Below, one piece after another: positions 38,320 to 50,400 of a stretch of DNA of 64,000 nucleotides. Numbering within the stretch: the stretch's first letter is position 1; every line of letters starts with the position of its first letter. A program made the position numbers and the translations under genes. The stretch comes from Coriobacteriaceae bacterium (GTDB lineage: Bacteria > Actinomycetota > Coriobacteriia > Coriobacteriales > Atopobiaceae): NCBI GenBank assembly GCA_004557505.1, contig SFGZ01000004.1:23866-87865 (forward strand). Reading direction: 5' to 3'. The notes beneath the pieces were generated by a model. The model was not told the DNA's origin, ran no database searches, and saw only the letters and a program-made list of their open reading frames with translations.

Positions 38320-39672
38320 ATGAGCAGGATCGTCATCGTTGGCGCCAACCACGCGGGGACCGCTGCGGCCAACGCCATTCTCGACAACCACCCGGGCAAC
38401 GAGGTCGTGATCATCGACCAGAACAGCAACATCAGCTTCCTGGGGTGTGGCATGGCGCTGTGGGTCGGTCAGCAGATCTCCGGTCCCGAAGGCCTCTTCT
38501 ACCAGACCAAGGAGGGTTTCGAGGCCAAGGGCGCGACCGTCCTCATGGAGACGCGCGTCGAGTCCATAGACTATGACGCGCAGGTGGTCCATGCCGTCGC
38601 GGCAGACGGCGCGCGCATCGACGAGCCCTATGACAAGCTCATCCTGGCCACCGGCTCGCTCCCCATCATCCCGCCCGTCGAGGGCATTGGCCTCGAGAAC
38701 GTCCAGCGCGTGAAGCTCTTCCAGGACGCGCAGATCGTGGTCGACAAGCTCCAGGACCCCACGATCCGTCGCGTGACCGTTGTGGGCGCGGGCTACATCG
38801 GCGTCGAGCTGGCAGAGGCCTTCCGGCGCAATGGCCTTGATGTCACGCTTGTCGACATGGCCCCCACCTGCATCTCCAGCAACTTCGACAAGGAGTTCTC
38901 CGACCTCATGGCCGCAAACCTCCGCGACCATGGCATCGAGCTTGCCTTTAGCGAGAAGGTCCTGAGGCTCGAGGGCGAGGGCGGCGAGGTGGCCCGCGTG
39001 GTCACCGACAAGGGAACGTACGAGACCGACCTCGTGTGCATGTGCATCGGCTTCAAGCCTAACACCAAGCTCTTCGCCGACGCGGGCTTTGACACGCTGA
39101 GGAACGGCGCCCTTCTCGTCAACCATCACCAGGAGACCAGCCGCAAGGGCGTGTACGCGATAGGGGACTGCTCAAGCTGCTTCTACAACGCCAAGGACGG
39201 CGAGCCGGCCTACATCGCGCTGGCGACTAACGCCGTGCGCTCGGGCATCGTGGCCGGCCACAACGCCTGCGGGACGACGATCGAGAGCGCGGGCGTGCAG
39301 GGCTCCTCGGGCATCTGCATCTACGATCTCAAGATGGTCGCGACCGGCCTCACCGAGGCGGCGGCGCGCAGGGCGGGATACGACGTCCGCGTGAGCGACT
39401 TCTCGCAGGTGCAGAAGGCGACCTTCGTGGAGACCGAGAACCCCGAGGTCAAGATTCGCGTGGTCTTCGACGGCACCACGCGCAGGGTCCTTGGCGCGCA
39501 GATGGCGTCGACCTATGACATGAGCGCCGGCATCCACATGTTCTCGCTTGCCATCCAGGAGGGGCTGACCATCGACCGCCTGGCGCTGCTCGACGTCTTC
39601 TTCCTCCCGCACTTCAACCAGCCGTACAACTACTACACCATGGCGACATACTCCGCGGTCTTGGGCGCGTGA
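38320..39672 (+). CDS. nox: NADH oxidase / pyridine nucleotide-disulfide oxidoreductase with a single redox Cys
   Basis: IVIVGANHAG FAD fold, SFLGCGMALW redox-Cys motif and VVGAGYIGVELAEA NAD fold. The start is trimmed to ATG 38320. Confidence 0.85.
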   Translation: MSRIVIVGANHAGTAAANAILDNHPGNEVVIIDQNSNISFLGCGMALWVGQQISGPEGLFYQTKEGFEAKGATVLMETRVESIDYDAQVVHAVAADGARIDEPYDKLILATGSLPIIPPVEGIGLENVQRVKLFQDAQIVVDKLQDPTIRRVTVVGAGYIGVELAEAFRRNGLDVTLVDMAPTCISSNFDKEFSDLMAANLRDHGIELAFSEKVLRLEGEGGEVARVVTDKGTYETDLVCMCIGFKPNTKLFADAGFDTLRNGALLVNHHQETSRKGVYAIGDCSSCFYNAKDGEPAYIALATNAVRSGIVAGHNACGTTIESAGVQGSSGICIYDLKMVATGLTEAAARRAGYDVRVSDFSQVQKATFVETENPEVKIRVVFDGTTRRVLGAQMASTYDMSAGIHMFSLAIQEGLTIDRLALLDVFFLPHFNQPYNYYTMATYSAVLGA

Positions 39673-39697
39673 GGCACAGGGACAGCCCCTTGCCCCA
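39670..39697. repeat. Palindromic element, copy c (degenerate)
   Basis: TGAGGCACAGGGACAGCCCCTTGCCCCA. The TGA is the nox stop codon. Confidence 0.6.
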
Positions 39698-39713
39698 TTC
39701 TTGTCGGGAATCA

Positions 39714-39751
39714 GCGCCCCGGCGTCATCTTGACGCCGGGGCGCACTTTTT
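39714..39751 (+). terminator. Rho-independent terminator after nox
   Basis: Perfect 13-bp stem GCGCCCCGGCGTC / GACGCCGGGGCGC, a 5-nt loop, then ACTTTTT. Confidence 0.75.
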
Positions 39752-39769
39752 CGCGGCGGTGCCTCAGAC

Positions 39770-39795
39770 GAGACAAGGGGACCGTCCCTCTGCCC
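39770..39795. repeat. Palindromic element, copy d
   Basis: GAGACAAGGGGACCGTCCCTCTGCCC, upstream of pcrA. It is nearly identical to copy e. Confidence 0.65.
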
Positions 39796-39886
39796 CCACC
39801 ATGCGGAACTCTGTTGGAGGTTCCCGTTGGTGTCGTCTCCGGGCGTTAGACTCTTGTGAGCAGACTCGATATCACAGGAGACATGC

Positions 39887-42421
<2,535 letters not shown>

Positions 42422-42439
42422 GGCACGCGGCGTAGTCGG

Positions 42440-42468
42440 TGAGACAAGGGGACAGTCCCTCTGTCTCA
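42440..42468. repeat. Palindromic element, copy e
   Basis: TGAGACAAGGGGACAGTCCCTCTGTCTCA. The right-arm TCA (42466-42468) is the TGA stop of the minus-strand gene 42466..43461. Confidence 0.8.
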
Positions 42469-43461
42469 TAGGTACTCAGAGACGATTTCCGAACACGTCT
42501 CCCTGTATGATTTCTCTGCGTCGGGTGACTCGACATAGAGGTCAACCTTGCAGGCGGCAGCAAAGGTCACGTCCGGCAGAGCCTTCAGCGCCTCAACGAG
42601 CGGTTGGTTGTCCTTTTGTTCGTCATTTTGTTCAGATGTCGTCCCAAAAGGTACAGGTGTATTCTCGACAGCGCCCTCTTCTGTGGGAAGGTTTGCGCAG
42701 AATACTCTCGGCCTCGAGACATCTCCATCTTGGATTGGAATGCGCCCGTAAAGACTTGTCACAATGCCGAACCGCGCATCCTCCACACCGGATATGTCTG
42801 CATTTGATGTGCAGTTGAGAAAGAACAGGTACGTTTCCCCAGATCTCAGGGGCGTGAAGAAGTTTGCATACAGGCTGCGACCTGAACTTGGGCACACCTC
42901 CCTGACAGACCCCCCATCGGCTGCCGAGGAACTAGCAGGCTGAATTGCAAACTCGTCGTACACGCATATGACATCGCCTTCCGTCAGATCAAGCTTTGGC
43001 AGGGCATATGTCTCCCCGCGAGAAGTTGCCTTCGACGTTTCGCTGAGAGGAACAATGATTCTCTCCACGACAACGTTTGTTACAAAGGTGCCGTAGCGAT
43101 ACACGCGATTCTGCGTCACCCTCCCTACAACTACCAGGTCGGCCAGAAGGCCCGGGTCACGGGGCTGCATACCAAGCCGTGCTGACATCTGCGGAATCGT
43201 TGCCGTGCTCAGCATCGCATCTTCCGAATATCGTTCTCTCCAAGCAGACCTAATCTCGTCTTCTCCATATGTCTTTGTCAGCTTCTCTGGTACATATGAC
43301 GCTTGGAATGCAAAGCCATCCAAGGCATTTGCATCCGCATTGACGTTGGTCAAGCTGCTCCTAAACAGTATTGATCCTACCAGCAACGCTAGGCAGCACA
43401 GTGCGAACGCGCTTCCCGGTAGAGCATCCACTACGCGCCTGCGCAGCTCATACCCCATCAT
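42466..43461 (-). CDS. Hypothetical N-terminally anchored extracytoplasmic protein (331 aa), last gene of the low-GC operon
   Basis: The start is trimmed to MMGYELRRRVVDALPGSAFALCCLALLVGSILF (Arg-rich, then a TM helix), with GGGGG upstream. It overlaps the ABC ATPase stop by 14 nt. No family was recognised. Confidence 0.55.
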   Translation of the reverse strand: MMGYELRRRVVDALPGSAFALCCLALLVGSILFRSSLTNVNADANALDGFAFQASYVPEKLTKTYGEDEIRSAWRERYSEDAMLSTATIPQMSARLGMQPRDPGLLADLVVVGRVTQNRVYRYGTFVTNVVVERIIVPLSETSKATSRGETYALPKLDLTEGDVICVYDEFAIQPASSSAADGGSVREVCPSSGRSLYANFFTPLRSGETYLFFLNCTSNADISGVEDARFGIVTSLYGRIPIQDGDVSRPRVFCANLPTEEGAVENTPVPFGTTSEQNDEQKDNQPLVEALKALPDVTFAAACKVDLYVESPDAEKSYRETCSEIVSEYL

Positions 43462-44119
43462 GACTCTGCCCCCAATCTGATATCCGCCCCTCAGAAAGAG
43501 TGATGCAGCAGTCAAAGAGCTCTTCGAGCTGGGGCTGGTTGTGGCAGGACACCAAGACGGTTGCACCGCGTCGCGCCTGAGACGTAATCACCTCTTTAAT
43601 AAGTATGGCTCCGTGTTTGTCAAGGGCGTTGGTCGGCTCGTCAAGAATGAGAAGGTCGGGATGCTCCATAATCGCCTGGGCAATGGCAAGGCGCTGTCTC
43701 ATACCCGCACTGTATGAGGAAGTTGGGCGTTTATCCGAAGGGTCAAGCCCAACAGACCTCAGCGCCTCTTTGACCTCTTCCTCGCCAACTAGCTTACGGA
43801 TACTGGCCAGGGCTTCTAGGTTCTTGAGTCCGCTTAGCTCTTCCCAATACCCTGACGAATCCAGCATAATCCCCAGATTGACAGGGTAAGGCCTTCTCCT
43901 GCTTACCTCCTTTCCGTCAACTGAGATTGACCCGCTGTCAATCTTCACAAGGGAGGCAATCGCACGAAACAGCATTGATTTTCCCGATCCGTTGCTGCCC
44001 ATGATGCCCGCAATGGCCCCCTTGGGAACGGAGAACGATATGTCATCAAGCACTAACCTGCCTCGAAGTGCCTTTGTGACTTCGTTTGCTGACACATAGT
44101 CCATACAGGGCCTCCTCAA
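43448..44119 (-). CDS. ABC transporter ATP-binding protein
   Basis: Walker A GSNGSGKS, signature YSAGMRQRL, Walker B LLILDEPTNALD and H-loop SCHN. The start overlaps the upstream stop by 4 nt. Confidence 0.88.
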   Translation of the reverse strand: MRRPCMDYVSANEVTKALRGRLVLDDISFSVPKGAIAGIMGSNGSGKSMLFRAIASLVKIDSGSISVDGKEVSRRRPYPVNLGIMLDSSGYWEELSGLKNLEALASIRKLVGEEEVKEALRSVGLDPSDKRPTSSYSAGMRQRLAIAQAIMEHPDLLILDEPTNALDKHGAILIKEVITSQARRGATVLVSCHNQPQLEELFDCCITLSEGRISDWGQSHDGV

Positions 44120-44892
44120 AGAACATCAAGACGCCTTACCTTGCAGAGAAGCAGCGCAAGAGCTACCAAACCGAGCAGCGCAAGATAAGCACATGAGATA
44201 ACGTACGAATGCACATCGAGACCCACGCTCGTGACAGGCCCCCCAAAAGAGAGGCCGTGGACCGCCATAAGACTATGGAAGCTCGGCAGCACAGCAAGCA
44301 CAAGGGCAAAGGTGCGCGGATCCAAAAGAGTTATTGCAAACAAGGAGCCCAATCGCACCATCGCTGTCAGGACACCTGTGAGCACTCCACTAACGCTGTT
44401 TGCGAGCAGCGTCCCTGTCAAAACAGCAAAAAAGAGATATAGGGAGCTGAGAAACTGGGACCCAGATATCAAGGGGAGCGCGCGTATGGCTGCGTCTCTA
44501 CCATACAGAGCAATCATGAGCATAATAATTGCCACTTCAGCTGCGATATGCATAAGAGCATCAGACGCAAGCAGGCAAGCCACTCCCCGCATCGTAGGCC
44601 GCCTCATTCCGCCACAACGGGGCATAAGCAGCGCTCCACGTTCCCGCAAGTCGCTTAGGGGCCTTCCCACCAAAAGATACAGCTCAAGCATCATTGGAGC
44701 GGCAAAGGCCAGCTGCTCAAAGACAGCAGATCCATCATAAAACGCCTTGGCGTAGCAGGCACCCGCCATAACATTGACGAGAGCGATTTCGGGGCTGTAG
44801 ATGAGATATGCAGATACACAAGCAAACTGCACTACAGCGCAGACAGCTATGACATGCACATCAGTTCGCGTTATCAGAGGAATCTGGGTCAT
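44116..44892 (-). CDS. Polytopic membrane protein (ABC-2 permease-like?), unknown family
   Basis: About 6 hydrophobic helices. The start is trimmed to ATG 44892, 4 nt after the upstream stop. Assignment is by context only. Confidence 0.55.
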   Translation of the reverse strand: MTQIPLITRTDVHVIAVCAVVQFACVSAYLIYSPEIALVNVMAGACYAKAFYDGSAVFEQLAFAAPMMLELYLLVGRPLSDLRERGALLMPRCGGMRRPTMRGVACLLASDALMHIAAEVAIIMLMIALYGRDAAIRALPLISGSQFLSSLYLFFAVLTGTLLANSVSGVLTGVLTAMVRLGSLFAITLLDPRTFALVLAVLPSFHSLMAVHGLSFGGPVTSVGLDVHSYVISCAYLALLGLVALALLLCKVRRLDVL

Positions 44893-44896
44893 GGAC

Positions 44897-45631
44897 CTAC
44901 TCCACGCTAGTACGATAGTAGTCACGTTCCTGCGACGCCAGATAGAGCAGGAGAAGTCCGATGCCACACCAACCAAATAAGCGACCAACAGCAGCAAGGG
45001 CATCCGGCGGACTCAAGAGAATGGCCGAGACATTTGTCCATCCAATATTGGCAAACCACATCCCTCTGAGCGGAGACATCGCAAGGAAGTAATCTGACAA
45101 TCCATAGGCAAAGGCCACCAGCACCGCCGTGCTCGCTCTGGTGGAGCCCAGTACATACACGACAAGCATCAGGAGGGCACAGCTCATAAAGAAGAGAGTG
45201 AATCCAGCATACTCCGCCGCGAAGAAAAGCACGGACAGACCACCCTCTAGAGTTGGGACACCAGATATCCAGAAGAAAACGCCCTCGCACGCGAGCAGCA
45301 ATGCCGAATAGAGAAGAGACACGGAAAACGCTACCGCTGTCGCTACCGCAATTCCCGATGACACCCCGCCACGTCGCACGATTTGCGGAACGCTTCCTAC
45401 AAAGACGAGGATGGGATAAGCCAAGATGAGAAAGGCAGGGTTATACATAATTCCTGCATACAGCCCATGGTTGACCCCTTCAAATAAACGAACAAACGCG
45501 ACATCGCCCATGGCTGTCATATCATCTCTCATGACCATCACGTAGCCAAGCGCCACAGCGCCAATGGTAACCAGGATGCTCAGTGGCACGCGATGCCTCA
45601 GAGAGCGAAAGTAGCCCAGAAGACCGCTCAT
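44897..45631 (-). CDS. Polytopic membrane protein (ABC-2 permease-like?), unknown family
   Basis: 244 aa with about 6 hydrophobic helices. It has an ATGA overlap with the upstream gene. Confidence 0.55.
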   Translation of the reverse strand: MSGLLGYFRSLRHRVPLSILVTIGAVALGYVMVMRDDMTAMGDVAFVRLFEGVNHGLYAGIMYNPAFLILAYPILVFVGSVPQIVRRGGVSSGIAVATAVAFSVSLLYSALLLACEGVFFWISGVPTLEGGLSVLFFAAEYAGFTLFFMSCALLMLVVYVLGSTRASTAVLVAFAYGLSDYFLAMSPLRGMWFANIGWTNVSAILLSPPDALAAVGRLFGWCGIGLLLLYLASQERDYYRTSVE

Positions 45632-46521
45632 ATATAATCCCCTCGCACAATATACTGGTGCACCAAAATTGCACCTACGCAGAGAACGAGCAGACAGACG
45701 GGAGCAAGCAACGTAAGAAGCAGAGTCTGCCCTTCAGCATGGGAGACGCTTATCAGCAGGCTGGATGTTGGGTTGATCGGGACTGGCAGGACTTGACTTG
45801 ACAGCAGAAGCAACGCCGTAGGAAAGGCGAGGACCAAGAGACTACCTCTTCTTACAAAGAGCGAGATAGCAAATGAGAGCAGAGCCATAACACCCATGTA
45901 AAATGCGTCGTACAACATATATGCAGCATTAAATAGGTATGGATTCATACCTGCAAGAGGGCCAAAGGGAAGCCGAGAAAGATACGACATTCTCGTCTCC
46001 ATCTCAGCCGCATTGCTCAGATATCCTATCTGAAAGGAGTCTACGTCGGCTTGCACGGGAAATACGAAGAACGCCATCAGCTGTGAGACAAGTTCGAACA
46101 GAAGAACAAATAGAAATGACGAGAGAAAGACGAGGAGCGCCGACGAAACGATATAGGCGTCAGGTGATGTGCGGGAGACGAGGGCAGGCAACCGTGCGGT
46201 CTGGGTATCTTGTAAGAGCACATCTCCGTAAAGCGAGCAGGCAAGAATCGGTATGATAAGCAGCACGCAAAAGACCCAGAGATAGGTGTGCATGCTCTCG
46301 TAGTTTCCCATCCATCCCACGGCCGCAGACGGCAGCTCGCCAGTATCGTGAGCCCAAAATCGCGAGAGACCCTGGAGAAAAACTACCGTTATGGCGGCGA
46401 AGCAAATGGCTGTCGCGAATTTTAAGCGTCTCGAAGCAAACAGCAGCTTAGCTTTGACGCGAAGCAGAGAAACAGCGGCCATAGGCACCCCTCTCATGGG
46501 CGCATGGAGCCATCCCTCCAT
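45628..46521 (-). CDS. Polytopic membrane protein (ABC-2 permease-like?), unknown family
   Basis: About 6 hydrophobic helices. The better RBS (GAGAGGGG) precedes the internal ATG 46482 (MAAVSLLRVKAKLLF), so the true start may be 46482. Confidence 0.55.
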   Translation of the reverse strand: MEGWLHAPMRGVPMAAVSLLRVKAKLLFASRRLKFATAICFAAITVVFLQGLSRFWAHDTGELPSAAVGWMGNYESMHTYLWVFCVLLIIPILACSLYGDVLLQDTQTARLPALVSRTSPDAYIVSSALLVFLSSFLFVLLFELVSQLMAFFVFPVQADVDSFQIGYLSNAAEMETRMSYLSRLPFGPLAGMNPYLFNAAYMLYDAFYMGVMALLSFAISLFVRRGSLLVLAFPTALLLLSSQVLPVPINPTSSLLISVSHAEGQTLLLTLLAPVCLLVLCVGAILVHQYIVRGDYI

Positions 46522-46541
46522 GCGCCCACATATATCGGTCT

Positions 46542-46943
46542 TTATCCGTTGAGGTCATACCAGCCGGTTACATAATCGGATATAGGCCCATTTCCGATGG
46601 CACGTCCATAGAGGGTGGCGTAACCTCCATAGGCTCTTGCATGAGCATTAACGTAAGCTCCCCACGTATACTCTCCCCTTTCGAGGTCAATACCGGCTCC
46701 TATATACGTTCCGCTATCGTCATCGACCCAGAAATGCCCTCCGTTTGGCGAAGAGGACGAGAGTTCAACATAGTACGTCGTGCTACCCGCAGTCTTGTTT
46801 GCCCCCGCGCACCACCCTCTGCCCTGCCACGCGGGAAGTGTCGCTTCAAAATAGGTTCCCGCCATGGCTGAGCCAGCAAAGCTCAAGACACATGCCAAGC
46901 CGAGAAGGATAGAGAAAATGGCCGTCCTTGTCCTGTTCCTCAT
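46542..46943 (-). CDS. Small secreted Gly/Tyr/Trp-rich protein (133 aa precursor), first gene of the low-GC operon
   Basis: Sec signal MRNRTRTAIFSILLGLACVLSFAGSAMA/G, with GGAAAGGA as RBS. The mature protein is about 105 aa, aromatic/Gly-rich and net acidic by my count. No family was recognised. Confidence 0.65.
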   Translation of the reverse strand: MRNRTRTAIFSILLGLACVLSFAGSAMAGTYFEATLPAWQGRGWCAGANKTAGSTTYYVELSSSSPNGGHFWVDDDSGTYIGAGIDLERGEYTWGAYVNAHARAYGGYATLYGRAIGNGPISDYVTGWYDLNG

Positions 46944-47191
46944 GGTTGCGTCCTTTCCTCAGAAGAAGCCTCCGCTACTCAAACCCAATCGGAGACGCTT
47001 GAATTCCTTGAAAAGAAGGTACAGCCTCTGAGGAGGTGTCAGATACCAGTCCCACCTGCCCCCCCTCTTGCTGAACAGCACAACTCTCACCACCATTCAA
47101 ACAGTGTCATGTTTAAGTCTTATCCTATATGGTTCTTACCAATGTGGAGCTTCCGTATTTGTTAGTGGCAATTTCTTTGCGATGAATGACA

Positions 47192-47218
47192 TGAGACAAG
47201 GGGACAGCCCCTGTCCCA
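47192..47218. repeat. Palindromic element, copy f
   Basis: TGAGACAAGGGGACAGCCCCTGTCCCA. The first 16 nt are identical to copy e. Confidence 0.75.
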
Positions 47219-47400
47219 GACGTATCACAAATGCATAACCAATACGCATGGGTAGCTGCACTTATCGATGCTTCGCTACCCCCCGCGGATCTCTGCGTCA
47301 CTCGTTGGCGCCACTCCTTTAGTCTGACGCATGCGAAGTGCCGCTCGCCCAAGGGCGGATGCCTTCATAGCCCAGATGCCCCGGAGAAGAGGAGTGCGCC

Positions 47401-50400
47401 GTGAGAAGAAGCGAGGTCCTGAGGAGCGTATGCGCGGCCATGGTGACGTTTGCCCTCGCGACGCAGTCGCTACCCGCCGTGGCCCTTGCCGCAAACAGGG
47501 GGCCTGCCGGAGGGGGAGTGAGCGTCACGAGCGACGCTGCCGCCCATACCGTGACCATTGGCAACGGCGACATCTCGCGCACGTTCTCGACTGCCGACGG
47601 ACGGCTTGCCACGACCCTGCTCTCCAATGGCCGCGCAGGCGTGACGTTTGACCCCGCGGATGGCAGCGAGGAGTTTGTCGTCCGCGTCGTGAGGCAGGCC
47701 AGCGCCGGCAAGCCTGCCGCTCCGGAGGCGCTCTCCCGCGAGGGCTGGACTGCCACCGACGACTCCCACGCAAAGGCGGGCAACAGCGACGGCCCCGCCC
47801 AGCTCCTACTCGACGGCGATGTCAACACCAACTGGAGCACGTGGTACCAGGATGGGAATGGCGTGGACGGCCAGCGCCAGGAGTACCCCTTCTCCGTGGT
47901 CATCGACCTCAACGGAGAGAAGAGCTTCTCGGCCTTCTCCATGACGCCCCGTCCGCAGGGCCCCGCAATCAACGGCAACAGCAAGGGCTACAAGCTCTAC
48001 GTCTCCACATCTGCCGAGAAGCTCGACGCAGGCTCCGCCGCCTGGGGCAACCCCGTGGCCGAAGGCGAGTTTACCTACGATGGGACCGACCCGGCATACG
48101 TGAACCTCGACCACGCCCAGACGGCGACGCAGGTCAAGCTCGTGGTGACCTCCAACACCGCGGGCAACAACATCGCGGGGGGCGCGGAGTTCAACCTCTA
48201 TCCAACCGCGGTGGCGATGCCCACCAGCGAGCTCGAGTTCTCTGCGAGCGACCTCGAGCTCGCTGGCGATCCGGTGGTCGCAGACACCACCGCCACCATC
48301 AACGGCGAGGCGAAGACGGGCAAGAAGCTCACCTTCAACTTCAGGCCCTATGCCTTTGGCGGCAACGGCGTCACCTACACCATCAGCGAGAACATCGTAA
48401 TGTACGAGGGCGACCACTACATGCGGAAGTACCTCGACATCTCCGTGCCCGCCGGCCAGGCGGGGAGCGCGGCCATCGACTACATAGACCTCGAGCACCT
48501 GGGGACGAGCGGGGCCGACGCCACGTGGACCATCCCCCACGTGGGAGGCGTCGTGCAGATGGACCAGTTCAAGGCCAACCTCGGGCAGCCCATCTACATC
48601 CAGGGCATGTTCTTTGGATGCGAGTTCCCGGCCACCGACACGCAGATCGAGGACGGCCTCGGGCACATCCGCTACTACACCGGCAAGGACTTCAATCGCC
48701 TCGCGGCCGACGGCCAGGCCGCGGCTGACGAGGCGGGCAACATCCACTACAACACGTGGCAGACGGTCGTCGGGGCCGCACGCAGCACCGACGCCTCGGT
48801 CGTGCAGTCAGACTTCTTCGATTACATCAATGACATCGCGACGCCCTCGGAGTTCCGCATCCAGTACAACTCCTGGTTCGACAACATGATGAAGATCGAC
48901 GACAAGAACATCCACGACTCCTTCATCGAGGTCGATGCGCAGCTCGACGCCGTAGAGACGCGCCCTCTCGACTCCTACGTGGTGGATGACGGCTGGAACA
49001 ACTACAACAACACCGACGCCTCGGTGGACGTCTCGAAATCCGGCGTAGGCAAGAACACCGAAGGTTTCTGGGCCTTCAACTCCAAGTTCCCCCAGGGGCT
49101 TACCCCCTCCAGCAAGCTGGTGGAGAACTTTGGCAGCAGCTTTGGCGTATGGGTGGGACCCCGCGGCGGCTACAACTTCTATCCCAACCTTGCCGACATC
49201 CTCACCGCGAGCGGCAGGGGCTCAAAGGCCGGATGGTCGATTGACGTGGCAGACCGCACCTACGTCAGGAACTTCCTCGAGATGGCCTGCGACTGGCAGG
49301 ACAGGTATGGCGTCAACTACTGGAAGTGGGACGGCTTTGTCGACAAGGCCCAGTACGCCCACTTTGGCGCCGCCCGGGACGGCGTTCCCGGCTACGCGAA
49401 CAACCACATGACCGGCGGCTACAACAACATGTACCACGTGACCGACCTGTGGGAGGCCTGGATCGACCTCTTCGAGGGGGTGCGCGCAAACGCCGCCAAG
49501 AACGGCATCGACGACCTGTGGATCTCGCTCACCTGCTACGTGAACCCCAGCCCATGGTTTTTGCAGTGGGCAAACTCCGTGTGGATCCAGGACGTCTACG
49601 ACCAGACCGATGCCGGCGAGGGTGACAGCAAGCTCGACAGGCAGCTCAACTACCGCGACGCCATGTACTACGACTTCATCAAGAACCACCAGTTCCAGTT
49701 CCCGCTCTCCCACATCTACAACCACGACCCCATCTACGGCAAGGAAGGCACGAACATCACCAGGGACACTGCCACCGACGAGCAGTTCCAGAACTACCTC
49801 TACGCGCAGAGCGGCCGCGGCACGGCCTTCTGGGAGCTCTACTACTCCGAGAGCCTCATGACACAAGGCAAGTGGGAGGTGACCGCCGAGTTTCTCGACT
49901 GGGCGGAGCAGAACCACCACGTCCTTTCCAAGGCCAAGATGTTCGGCGGCTCTCCCGCATCCAACGCCCGTCTCGACAGCACCAACACCAGCGGCGCGGC
50001 CCACACATACGGCTACTCCGCCTTCGACGGCGAGCAGGGCATCGTGGTGCTGCGCAACCCCGCAACGTCGAGCCAGCAGGTCTCGTACGCCTTCAATGAC
50101 ACCAACGGCGTCCCTGCGGGCTCGGGCAGCTACGTCTACCACATCGAGCATGCCCACAAGCACGACGAGTCGCATGACGGCATCGCCCAGACGGGCACGC
50201 TGGAGTACGGCACGACCTACACCTGGACGCTCGACGCAGGCGAGGCCCTCGTCCTCATGGTCTCCAAGGAGGCGGACACCCAGGCACCTGCCATCGAGCG
50301 CGTGTCCAGCGACGGCGCGGGCAACCTCACGGTCCGCTTTGACGAGAAGGTCATGGGCTCCCCGGAGTTCACGGTGAATGGGGAGAGGCTCTCCGGCGCC

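Noticed and set aside
46542-46943. Assigning the secreted 133-aa protein to the lactococcin-972 bacteriocin family because of the adjacent ABC and membrane genes
   Set aside because: The sequence does not show the blocks I recall from lactococcin 972. The protein is larger and net acidic. The usual ~650-aa bacteriocin-associated membrane protein is absent. It is kept only as an untested possibility.
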